Shown: positions 25,039-38,019 of the stretch, in pieces | Layout: every line of letters begins with the position of its first letter | Numbering within the stretch: the stretch's first letter is position 1 | DNA from: Hemiscyllium ocellatum | Lineage: Eukaryota | Reading direction: 5' to 3' | NCBI RefSeq assembly: GCF_020745735.1 | Contig: NC_083405.1 | Coordinates: 28,052,345-28,116,344 of the forward strand | Length of the DNA: 64,000 bases | The notes under the pieces: generated by a model | What the model saw: only the letters and a program-made list of their open reading frames with translations | Told to the model about the DNA's origin: nothing | Databases searched by the model: none | Translations under genes and position numbers: made by a program

Positions 25039-28000
25039 CGGCCTTGGACTTAGCCATTTCTAAAAGGCCTATAGTGCTCTTTCAAATACCAGGGTGTTTT
25101 GCCCAGGTCATTACCTTTGTGGAGGGGGAAGCTAGGCAAAATGAGAGTGCTTCAATAGTCCACTCGATAATCGCCTTTAAATGTTTGTAAATAAATGCTC
25201 CCGTTTTCTAGCAAAAATCAATAGATTTATAATGTTTGGCTTGACGAGTCTCGGAAAGTAATTGAAGTGGGAACATATTCGGAATTAGTTAACGGCTTCT
25301 GTGATTAGACAATTTTCTTTTGGAATTTGTAAATTAATTTAACTTGCAAAAAAGTTACACAAAGGGCTGCCTTGTTTTACCAATACATCTGCAGTTCATT
25401 TCAAATTCTTCTCATTGGTGCCTCCATCCGCGTGTTTTAGGTACACAAGCTTAAACAGGCTGCTATTTATTTTTAAAATCGAATCCTAACAATGTTAGAT
25501 ATAAGGGGGAAGGGATTTTTATTACATAATTGTCTGTTTTAAAACTGACAACAATTTTTTTGAAAAAAAATTAATCCAACGACGTTAATCTATTGTTTGC
25601 CGTTTAGGAATACGTTTTAATGTCACACAAGCTAATCTAGTAACAAGTGTCAAATTAATAAAACGAAATTATTCGTTTGGAATAGATTTCCTAGTTTTCT
25701 CAGGAGATAAAGAAGTCAGATCATTATATAATGGGTACTTTTTCCTCTTAATTTTTATCTCTAACACTTCGAATACACGAGACAATTTACATTTAAATCA
25801 ATGACCTTTCTATCCGCCTGTCCATTTTCCGACTTGTACTCTGTCATCCTATCGGCCTAAACAGACATGGGTCTATTTTAAAGTAATATTGCAAATTTCA
25901 AGTGGAATGAGTTTTGTTTTGGAAAGCGTTGCATGGAGCCCGGATAAAGATGGCTTCTTCCTTGACTGAATAATGCTGTGCAGGCAGCCTCAAATGCTAA
26001 AGGATTTTCCTTCTGTTAACATTTTGGTATATTATATATATATTTAAAAGTTAATAATAAATATCACTTTCGTTTTTCTTCGCAAATATTATATTTACTG
26101 CTCCGTTACCTGTGTGCTAATGTTTACATTTTGGAAAGCTTACATTCTCCAGCTCTATAGTGAAGAACAACACTGCTGTACTTCGGATCAGTTTTATAAG
26201 TAATTTGTATCTTGTTACTCCAAATTTGTCTCATATACAGAAAGGAAAGTAACATAGCATACAAACTTGGCGAATTCATATGATTTCACACTATATTGAG
26301 CATCGTTAAGTGTATTTGACTTTTATCTTCATTATAATTCAACGGAAAATGCGCAAAGAAATTCTTAGGTTTGGTATTAATTGTTACATCCGGGTTGCAA
26401 TAATCTCTGAAGCACTTAGTATCACAAACAAGACCTGTTCTATTGTTTTCACTAAAATCTCCTAACTATATTGAATCAGTTGTAACCGTTTATTTCAAAC
26501 ATCAGGAGACATGGTTCATATTAAATGGCAACAGTCTATTTGTATTAGCAATGAAGAAATCAACATGATAATGTTGACGAAATTTTATACTGTTGTGGGA
26601 ATGCATTTTAAGAGTTAGAGAAAGAGGCAAAGACGCAATCGGATGTTGTCTTATATAAACAAGGGGAGGGCCTCAATAAGAGTTATTCCTGACTTTATAG
26701 CAAGAAAATTTCTCTTCAAACATAGTTTCTCTGTCGCCCATGAGTCTCAGAGCATTCCTGCGGCATTTAGAGCGAACTGACAGGAATGTCACATCAGCCC
26801 TATATACTTCTCATTAGATTATTTAAAATGGACCTCAATTCAAACAAATTTGCTTTTGAAATATCCCTGAATTTTAAATTAATATCAGTGGGTTCACATT
26901 TTCAAAACTAATTCAGATTGTTGGGAAATATCTCCAACTTCCATCCTAATATGGCCAGTCAGACGGTGTACACCCCAGCAGGATAAACTCCGACGTGCGG
27001 AGGACTGCTGTAATGAGACCTCTAACAAAAAAAAACGCGAGGAAAAGGCGAGCCTAAGTAAAATAATTCGATTTCTTTTTGTTGTGAAGAGAAGTATTTT
27101 CATTTTTCGTACAGTTGTTGTAAGTTTACCTGCTGCATATACACAACAGATAGAAAAATTACCGTGGTCGATTTTTCAAGATGAAATACAACGTGTCTCG
27201 ATCATGAAAAGAATATTTTTTTTCTTTCCTTTCGTCAGTAATTGAGGTCGTTCAGTCGCTCGGGTTCACCTGGAGTCCATAGCATGATACACGAGTAACT
27301 CAAAGCTATTTTATCTTTTGTGCTGATAGTCAAGATCGCGCTATAACATTGACATCAAACTCTGTCTGAGCAGATGATTACAAGTCGTGCAAAACGTAAA
27401 CTTTTGACCCTCAACTTTTTGACCTAAAGTTGTACCGCCCTACCAACCGCGGTACAGGGAGCCCTTTTTTTTCAAAGCATCGCTCAGGACTGAAATAATA
27501 TCCCCTTTCGTTCACTATTTTCATGATGTACTGCTAATTTCAGGTCTGGGAATCCTGAACACACTGTCCCCATCCCCCTCACCCCCTCGTCCACCCCCAC
27601 CACATTGCCCCCACCCCCATTTGTGAAACCTTTCTTTAATCTCAAAAATGGCATGAACCTCAACTGTCTGCAAGCTGTTTATTCAAGTGCTCTTTCATTT
27701 AGTTGGATGTGCCAAAGTGGGTAAGTTTTTACCGTATCGGCCAACTCTTAGAATTATAGATAGCACAAAAAATTAAGCATTTGAGTCTATTTCTGTTGCA
27801 CTAATAGAACAATGGATATGTGAGCTCCCAGTCCATGCTGATACAAAATGACTGTGAACTTGGTCTAAAGCGAGCTCTGCTGGTGAGTCGCAGAGTGTGC
27901 AGATGTAGTTTCGTGTAAATCTCTCCCCCTCTCTCTTTCCTGAACGCATTCCCTCTTCAATCTAAACAACGAAAAACCTTAATAGAACAATTAGATTAAC

Positions 28001-30308
28001 TACGACTTAAGCTCTATATAGAATGCAAGAAGTTGCGTTCACAATTTGTTTAATTGCCGTGCCAGAGAGATATTGTTTTAATGGCAACACCCTTAGGAAA
28101 AAAAAGTGCAATATTAAATAGCATATAGTGCAACTGCAATAGTCAGACGAAGAAGTAACAAATAAAACACCAAAAAATAAGTTTAAAATATCCTTTTGTG
28201 CATTGATTCAATATGCACATTTCGTGAAAATAATCTTAAATTTTCCTGCCACTTATTCAAGAAAACTATAATCCTAACTAATATAAAAACATACCTTTTG
28301 CGATTCATGTTGCTATTATTACTGTTATGTAATAATACGTTATTTGGAGAAGAGAACTGCTAATAATTACTTTTCTTAGGAAACGATTTCTTTGGGGTAA
28401 TGAAATATTTTTAAAAATTACTGAGTTCATATGTTTTTCTTTCCATGTCAGCTTTACTATGACACAATGATACCAACACAACCCTTCAACTCTATCTTGC
28501 AATATCTTGCATTCAAGTCAATGGATCAGTTGTTAATAAAACCATTTGCGAAGAGTTAGATCGACTTCAATTGTGTCAAGGTAGTTCTGCAACTGAATCT
28601 CCGATGCTGAGAAGTTCACAGTAGACTATCTCGTGTCAATTTGCTTCCTCACATTGTTTGCCTTCTCAAGAACAGTTCATTTCGTAAATGGTACCAAAAC
28701 GCATCATGCAAAACGAGAGCAAGAAATAAAATCTAAACACGATACAATCCCTGAAACCTATTTAAGTATATTCAGTTCTGTTGCATTGTTTTCTATCAAA
28801 CGCCTTCATAGTGATGTTTAGAAGGTGGAGGATTTCATTAAAAGCTCAATGATAACTAACCAGGTCGTTAAAATCCGATATAATAGTAATCAATGAAATA
28901 GAAACTCAATCTATAAAAACTGTATCCACCCTGATCATTACGTAATATGAAAAGGATATACTAGATGCATGACGATATTGCTATACACATATTGTTAATT
29001 ATTTCCCTGATAATAAAATACTGTTTTCATACACAAATTAAGAAAAATTAATGCTTAATCTTTCGAGTTATTAAACTGCGTTAATGAAGGCCAAAACATT
29101 TATCTGTTACTTTGCTTCCAAATAGAAAATCACAATGCTGCGGACCCCCTAAATCCGCTGAAAGGGGGCCCAAGAAGATTCATCACGTTCTCACATAATA
29201 TGCAGCTGCACAGATTTACAGCTAGGAAACTGCGTTAAGCTAACAGTAGGTCCAGCTTTGGATTTCTTCAAGAAGCTCATTTGCAAAGCTTAGGCAAAAT
29301 TCTATTGTGTCCAAAAGACAAACTAGCATACATCGCTATTGAAAAATGTGCTGTCCTTTCGATGCCCTTAGCACAGACGAAACGTCAGCACGTCACATTC
29401 CAGATTTTATGGCGACCACCTCTCTGTTTTACTACCCGCAACTTGTTAGTTGTTTTGCACTTGTATCTTTCCCGTGTTACGCTTCAGAGAAGTTTTGGCA
29501 AACCATGCAATGACTATTTTTATTTTTTTAAAAGAAACACTGATTAATGAACTGCGGTGTTAAAGATATGATATCTGATAGCTCCGAATTAAGTGCCTCA
29601 AACAAAACTTTGCCAATAGCTTAATTTCAGAAATAACAAAGACCTTAGATTTAGATTTAGACTGGCCAATCAGATTTACTTATTGTGAAATAGACTTATG
29701 AGGGAAAACTGAATCGCTGATTTCAGATTAAACACTCTGTGGTGACAGAAAATTAAGAATTCATTGATAATCTGTTTGACCAATGGAACAAATGGGTTTT
29801 AAGTTGCAGATCATGTTTCCCTTCAGTGAAAAGGTTGCATAAAGACAATTTGTAAAATAGTCCCACAAAGCACCCGCTCTCTCCTAAAAATGTATCAATT
29901 CCCACATACAGAAGGTAGCAGCCCTCAGCAAAGAAAGACATCTCCTGTAAGACAGTTTCATACAATTCTCTTCAGAAACACTGCGCAACACACAAACACA
30001 AAGCTTGCTTACCACATGTTTATTAAATGCAGAAATAAGAAAATCCCTACGTTTGGGGAATACATAACTACCTTCTTGATTAAAGAAAGATCGGGAATTT
30101 AGTACTTCTTGAAAGGAACTCCATAATGATATTTAGTCTTTACACTGGTGCCCACAGATTATCTACACTCTGTATACGGATTTTGTTGCTAAGTTTAAAT
30201 AAACATTTACATGTTTAGTTTTTTTTGATTACACTACATCCCCTCTAGCAGCACGTCCACCCTGCCCCAACCCCAACCCCCATCATACCACACCCTTTTC
30301 GCCCCCCG

Positions 30309-30341
<33 letters not shown>
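30309..30341. repeat. Poly-C tract (33 nt)
   Basis: Uninterrupted C run within C-rich flanks. Confidence 0.9.
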
Positions 30342-30343
<2 letters not shown>

Positions 30344-32129
30344 CTCCCCACTTCGGAGTTTCGGTTTTTAAACTGAAAAGTTTTAGAGACTTCTGCAAGC
30401 AAATAAATATATCAATAGCTCTGACCTTTGTGCAAATTGAAACGAAATACTGGATTATCACTAATGATTAGGAAAAACTACAAGTAAATCAATTGCAAAT
30501 TTTATAACCAGAATACAGTGTGTCAGTGTAACACTGAGTGAAACTAAAAATTATTTTGCCTTATTGTAAAAAGGATTTAAGTGGTCTGCAAAGATGATAT
30601 ATATTGAACTGTCATATTTAAATATAAACTAATACGAAGGAAATTACAACAGATTGACGCGATTGGCATGGTCGATCCGGAACTACTACAGTGATATTGG
30701 TGCTGATTTCCTTTATTTACTGTTGAATCTTTATTGCACATCGTAAAACAAACCTAATTGTATTGGAATGTTTTGAGTAGGAATTCTGCAGGGTAATTGC
30801 TTGCTATCGTATTATCCCTTTTAAACGTATGGCCGCATGCCATCTCCACTCCCTTGTGTTATAGTTTGGATTTGTCTTAACAGAGAAATGTTGAATAGCT
30901 AAATAAACTAAGGAACATCTTCCAAATCTACTAAATGTTATACTTTTGATTCAAAACACTCCGTCTTAATGCTGAAAATTATACTTGCATATCTCCAAAA
31001 ACCCCACTAGACTAGCGGAAGCTTCAAAGAATGAAAAGCCGGTCATAAACTTTATGGTTCGTCAGTCACAACTGTGGGAAACCTGCAATTGACTAAAAGC
31101 AATGTTGGTGTTACAACAGGCAGATTTAAAGTTGCAGTAACTCTTCCGCTGGCTGGATTTCAAAGGATCTCTTTTTTAACTCAGATTGTTTATATCTATA
31201 CCTCATTCCAGGTAATTTGGATTAGGATTTTAATGATATTCTGTATTAACGTATTTATTTGCAACACGTGTACTTTCATTCTTCAAGAGAGGGTTGTCAG
31301 TCCCCATTAAAGTTTAAATTGAAAATAAGGGTGAGACATTTGGCTGCGTGAACTGCTGCATGTAATGCATTGCACAGTACCTTAGCCAGGTCTTGTGTGA
31401 CGACAGAAGTTGTGCTGGAACGCTCAAAGTAAAAGCTAACTGCAATGCTTTCACGGTGTGCACTAAGGTATCCATGCTACACAATTACCCAAAATGCATG
31501 ACAAGTAATCTGAAAATACATAAGTCTCAACAGTACCAACTGGAGGTAGAAGCATAACACTAACCTCAAGAAAAAAAAAGTAAATAATGACACTACAGAA
31601 ATTGCGGGGGAAAGTAATCCAAGTCAAAGAATTAAAAAAGTATTAAGATGTTGAACAATGCCAGGACATTTAATGAACATCAGTTGAATATGCTGTAAAA
31701 GCTTCTAACACATAAAAGAGTTTTAAATTGGGACACACTGGTCTCCAAAAAGTTATTTCTTTTTAATCTTGCTCTTTCGTATATATTTGCTAAAAAGAAG
31801 TTCTATATCACCACAGAAAGAACCCAGCCAACACTTTTCCCAGACATGTTTCTGCCTCAGTGCACTCTGGGTGCAGTTTAATCCATTTTACTGGGCCAAA
31901 ACTCCTCGTGAAAAGTAATTAACGTTAATATTTCAACAAAATTTACCTTCTCTTGCAAGAAAACACAACTTTCCTGTGCATTGGAGTTGTGGAGCTGTGG
32001 ATAGTCCTCTGAACATGAAAATTAGCCATTTGAGTGGCCTGTCTGCACACACAATCTGCAAAGGAACCAAATGAAGTCCACCGTCAGTGAGATTATATGT
32101 TATGTAGAATATACTGTTGGTTGTCAACT

Positions 32130-32310
32130 CCCCAAAACCATAAAACTTACTTTAATGACACCACGTGATTTTTTATAGCCAGTGAGGCTATCAGTCTGTG
32201 CTATGGATGATTTTACGATCTAATTCATAGACAAAACCCTATTCATTTGGCACCCAAATGTCATATAGCCGGAACTGAGGTGTATAAAAGTTTATTGATT
32301 ATAACTTTAA
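32130..32310. promoter_or_regulatory. Promoter/enhancer-like block in the hoxa4-hoxa5 interval
   Basis: CACGTG at 32162-32167, several (C/T)ATAAAA Cdx/TATA-like motifs, a TGATTTTACG Hox/Pbx-like site, and splice donors on both sides (31946 minus, 32404 plus). Confidence 0.6.
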
Positions 32311-33797
32311 AGGACAAGCACTCACTAAGCAGAAAGGGTAAAAGTGCTGATCCCCCTTGCTGTCAGGAACTAAGAGGCGAATTTTCTGTCCTGCCTTCAC
32401 GCGGTAAGTAAAGTTAACTCTATAAAGTGAAAAATACCTGTTGGGAGAGGTTTACGCTACGCTTTGGTCGAGTGCTTGAGAGAACGTGACTAACGCCTAC
32501 CTGCGGAACAAAGTGGTTGATGTGCTTCAGGTTTCCCTTTTTCCTCAGACCAAAACTATAGAGTTTCCGAAAAGTCATGTCTACAAAGATGGTGTGTGTA
32601 AATGCAAGATTAGCAACAACAACAACAACAAAGAAATTGGGTGTTAGCGGGAAATGTGTGGTTCAACAAACGGTGCTGAAGTGCGCAAAAGACAAGGCGC
32701 ATGAAACAATACTGCAAGAGGCGAACCTGTTTAATTTGAACTGCGTAAAAAATGCCAAATTACAATATAGCACGACGTTTAGGTACTGTATTGGCCATTT
32801 CTTGCAAAACTCTGAAATTTGCAATAACCAAAGATTTAGAAAATCTGCTTGTTGATTGCCCGACTTTATAAGTTTTCGCAACTTGATTGCCTGTTGTAAG
32901 CCCAAGCTGCACGGTTTTCCCTCTGGAGGACTTGTGCAAAGTTAAACAGATTAGGGGAAACTCACTGGTTTTAGTGAGAGTATTGAACTGAAACTGTAAT
33001 ACACGGAAGTATTCGAAACAATTTACATCACAGGTCAGCAGACGCAGCAGAAAAACTTATCTGGGAGGCCAAAGTGCAGGAAAGTTACTATAGAAACTTT
33101 ATTTTAACTTCCAGTCAGTTTTAAAAACAAATACAAAAGCTCATCACGAATTTCTTAAACTGCCAGTCTTTTAGGCTTTATATTTATCCTTTGTCACAAA
33201 AACATACACTGACGCTGCGCTAAGAGCCACTTATTGGAGTTCGTGCAAAGTCATACAAAGGCACAGCATAGACATACAGTTCAGAGTCGCAATATCCTTC
33301 ACAAAATTCACTGCTCACTAATAACACAGAATAGGTAGCATCTCAGTGATTTAACACTACGATATCAATTACAGAGGACAATAATCTGAAATTAAATACA
33401 TATTGCAAGCTTGGAGCTATTTTGACATTTAGCAACACTAACACTTACATACACTTTTCTTTGCAGAGTGCAACACATTGTTACATTTTAACTGGACGAT
33501 TTTATACAGTTACTTCAAGTAACACCGCTTGTATTAATATAAATAAGTTAAACAACTATAATTCACAAGGCTACCCTACTCCTACAACATTGTTGTTACT
33601 CCTAGACAATATACTGTAAGCAGATTACTTGTACAGGCAACAGTACGACCAGAAAACAGACTAACGATTCAAAGATTGGGGCAGGGCAACATGGGAATGG
33701 TTTTCTTCATAGAAGTAACACGGGAGAGGAGTTTTGGAAGTCAGTACTGTATTGACATTATGCTAATTGGTCAGCTACTGCCCAGTACTTCTATTGA

Positions 33798-34184
<387 letters not shown>

Positions 34185-34527
34185 CTAACCCTTACGCTCT
34201 TGCTGTATCTTAATACCAAAATTACTTTAGAAACTTAACTATAACTAAATGTGAAAGTGCCCTCTTGGACAAAGCTGTCCCATCATAAACCACACCTTTT
34301 TCTATCCAGCAATTCCTATTTACATTTACATTACTGGTACAAAACTAGACACCTTACTAATAAATATCCCACCACCCAAATAGTTCCAAATACATTAGCA
34401 ACTTTAATACGATGACCCTTCCAGAGCTATTCAGAAACATTAGCGTGCACAGTTAGCAATTTGATTTTCAGCATTCAGAGTAATTCAGGACTCCACTAAT
34501 GAAAAGATAAGAGAGGAGGGATTTTAC

Positions 34528-35107
34528 CGTGACTTATGTGCAGTTTTCGCATCCAGGGGTAAATCTGAGGCTGTTGTTGTGCTGTGCTTTGCCCGTTCTG
34601 TGAACTTGGAGGGTCGCTGCTTGCCGGGGTGTCATCTTCAGTACCAGGCGATGTGCCAACCCCATCTCTACTGATGAGACTGCTGCTGCTGCTGCTGGAA
34701 TTTGAGGAGGTAGTTGGGCTTGCTATGGAGTTTTTGATTCCGTGGTGGTTGTCGCTAGCAGGCGGACTGACCACGGCGGAACAGGGTAGAGGGTCAGGTG
34801 AAGGAGACTGAGTGGATGTGGCAGGTTGGTTGTACCTGGTGTCTGCTCCTGCTTCTGGTCCTGCTGCTGCTGTTGTTGCTGCTGTAGAGTAGCTTCGAGA
34901 CCTTTCACTGGCATTAAAGTGGTTAGATGCTGGACGACTAATGCTGAGATCCATCCCATTGTAGCCGTAGCCGTACCTGCTGGAATGCATCGTTGCAGAA
35001 TCCCTGTATTGCTCGCTCACCGAGCTATGATCTCCATAATTATGTAACTGGTAGTCCGGGCCATTTGGATAGCGACCGCAGAATGAGTTTACAAAGTAAG
35101 AGCTCAT
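34528..35107 (-). CDS. hoxa5: Homeobox protein Hox-A5, exon 1
   Basis: [34 protein letters not shown]-terminus and [12 protein letters not shown] hexapeptide; donor G|GTAAAA at 34528/34527. Confidence 0.97.
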
Positions 35108-35169
35108 TTGATTTTTTTATTTATTTATTTTTACTTGATTTGTGGCTCTTGGTCGCTTGTGCGTCTAGC

Positions 35170-35325
35170 ACCCTGCACAATTTATGATGAATTATGGAAA
35201 TGACTGGGACATGTACTTCGTTCCCTCCTACGTAGGCGCCCAAATATGGGGTACGACTTGGAATCACGTGCTTTTGTTGTCCAGTCGTAAATTCTCGCTG
35301 ATGACCTCTAGAGGTAAATCCGTGC
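35170..35325 (-). promoter_or_regulatory. hoxa5 proximal promoter
   Basis: CATAAAT TATA-like motif near 35180, CACGTG at 35265-35270, TTTACGA Hox-type site, GC-rich flank. Confidence 0.7.
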
Positions 35326-35426
35326 ACTGTGGCTCCAAACTGGAAGGTTGCGTGGAAGGAAGAGCGTGGGGCACGCGCACCAGGGCGCGCCGCCGGCTCC
35401 CCGCAGTAGCTTTGGGTTGTCCTTGC

Positions 35427-35441
35427 GCGCCACCCTCTGGA
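35427..35441 (-). promoter_or_regulatory. Candidate CTCF site between hoxa5 and hoxa6
   Basis: TCCAGAGGGTGGCGC on the minus strand resembles the CTCF core, at the position of the mammalian 5|6 boundary. Confidence 0.5.
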
Positions 35442-37131
35442 GACTGAGGCCATGAATCCTGTGGTTCTGATAAACTGGGCAATCGGCCTTGGGTCGAATT
35501 AAGGCTACCCACACATTTCAAACGTAACCGTTACATTTCGTAGAATAAATCACATAAAATAATGTGGAGGGGCATCTTTCATAAGGAAAACATTCACGCC
35601 AGACAATGTTGCATTTGTTCAATCCCTAGGCTGAGATGTTTAAAAATATGCTGCCGCTGACAGTGTTACAAATAGGACTTGAGGGTGTCTTGTCACTGAT
35701 TTGATTTGATTTTTTTTAGAAAAACAGATTTAATTGTAGTTATTATGCGCTTACTGTCTTTATACGTCTTGGATGTCATCGCAGGTTTGCTCATGGAAAA
35801 ACGGCATCGCACAACATCAAAACGCCAATTCTTTCATCTGCTACTCTTCTCAAATTTCTCTTTAGTCCGTGTAATTCATAGTATTGAGCATTTATTCGCG
35901 TTTCGGCGAAAATTTGAAGCCATCGCGAACCTAAACTATCAAACCAACCTTTGCGTTCTTAAAAATCAGGTCACGTATATTGGAAATGAGTTTAAATCGT
36001 TCCAGTTTACTTTAGTACACGGTACATGTTAAACCAGAATTCCATTTTAATTGGAAAATAAACATGATCTTGTGCCTAAATTTACGTGGAAGCAATTTCT
36101 TTGCACACAGTTTAGTGTTGGTTCGATACGATGAAATGCTATGCAAGATCCAACAAAAGAGGGTCCACTTAACAAATAGTAATCCACCTAATCAAAACAA
36201 GAGCTCTGTGTCCGATGCTGGTTCTAGCTTCGCTGTAATAAACATGAAGAATATTTCATGATTTACCCGCGGATTCAGCTACGTCTTTAATTCTGCATTC
36301 AGTGAAAATTGCCGTATTTAATGGCCTTAGAAACTAAATAGTCATTCCTACCACGTATTCTATCTTTTTCTCTCTGAAACAAGGACATCTACCGATCAAT
36401 TTCACAGTGCTAAGTTTCCTTTCACAGCTTATTTCATACAAAAACTTTTCGGCAGCTATAATTGAAGGCTAACCTTTTAGAAATCGGATAGTTTATTTAT
36501 ATATATATTACTGTATATATTTAATATAGATTTAAGAAATTTTAATTCGCAAAATTTCAATTTAAGCAATAGCGTCGCCAGGCTGAATTTGTTTATCCTA
36601 ATGGCTGTCAAGTCACAAGCAAATATATTTGCTTCTCTTGGTAGAGAAAACATGGCACAAGCTAACTGAACACTGCGTCCTCTTCATTAGACAAAACCAA
36701 AAGCAGGAAGAAACCTTGCAGTAAACTATTGACATATACAATACCATATTTATCATTTGCAAATGGGCATATCCACTACGTTCATCATTTGAAGGGTGTC
36801 AAATTATATTTAAACCTATCCATTGAAACAATTAGAATACAACTTGAGGAGTAAATCATCACATAGTAACGACTAGAGAAGCAGAAACACTTATACTTCG
36901 CACTTATAAAACAATTAATCCTAAATGCCGTATAATTATAGTGTGCTGTGGAATGCAGAGTGTTTTCGACACTTCCTCTACCACTTATACATTAACACAA
37001 GCTCAAAGAGAGAGGGGCAACGAAAACAAACTGAAATACGATTTTTTTTCTGTACTGTTTAGCAGAATGAGCAAATAAGAACTCACTACCAAACAGAAAG
37101 GCCCAGACTAACTTCTTGTGGTTGCGCGCTC

Positions 37132-37527
<396 letters not shown>

Positions 37528-37589
37528 TTACGTAAAGTTGGTTCCAAGTGTCAAGTTTTAACTTGTAATTTTCCACTATTAATACTCAC

Positions 37590-38019
37590 TAGAACTTGAA
37601 TTCATTCGTTGCATCCAAGGGTAAATTGGAGTACTGTACTTCCGGTCGTTTCCTTCCTCATTTAAAATTTTGTTTTGTGCACAATCTGTTTTGTACTGTT
37701 GGTCTGAGGAAAAGAAATCATCCTGAGCTCTATGCTTCCCACTCCCGGATGGCGAAACACTGGTTAGATCCTTTTCAGGATAGAAACAAGAAGCTCCATA
37801 CTCATACGATGCCCGATTGCAAGCTATTACTGAGTTGGATTGTTGGTAATAACAAGGTGACGAGTAACTCTTATCCTGGAGCGTCGCTGCCCCATAGGAA
37901 GCTGGAAAGTGCCTTAGAGCATCATACCCCGTTGTATAGAGTGGGATCTGTCCGAGGAAGGAGTCCTGGCCACTGGGCAGTGAAACAGGGAAAGTAGGGT
38001 TCACAAAATACGAACTCAT
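37590..38019 (-). CDS. hoxa6: Homeobox protein Hox-A6, exon 1
   Basis: [25 protein letters not shown]-terminus and [10 protein letters not shown] hexapeptide; donor A|GTGAGT at 37590/37589. Confidence 0.97.

Noticed and set aside
27405-27425. Cluster of TGACCC, TCAACT and TGACCT half sites
   Set aside because: Spacings of 0, 3 and 9 with an imperfect middle site do not form a convincing RARE.
22740-33000. mir-10 hairpin expected between Hox4 and Hox5
   Set aside because: No TACCCTGTAG or CTACAGGGTA-like match seen by eye, consistent with its absence from HoxA clusters; a very decayed relic cannot be excluded without a covariance-model search.
35121-35521. Overlapping 68-110 aa ORFs upstream of hoxa5
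   Set aside because: Explained by the GC-rich promoter; no recognisable protein features.
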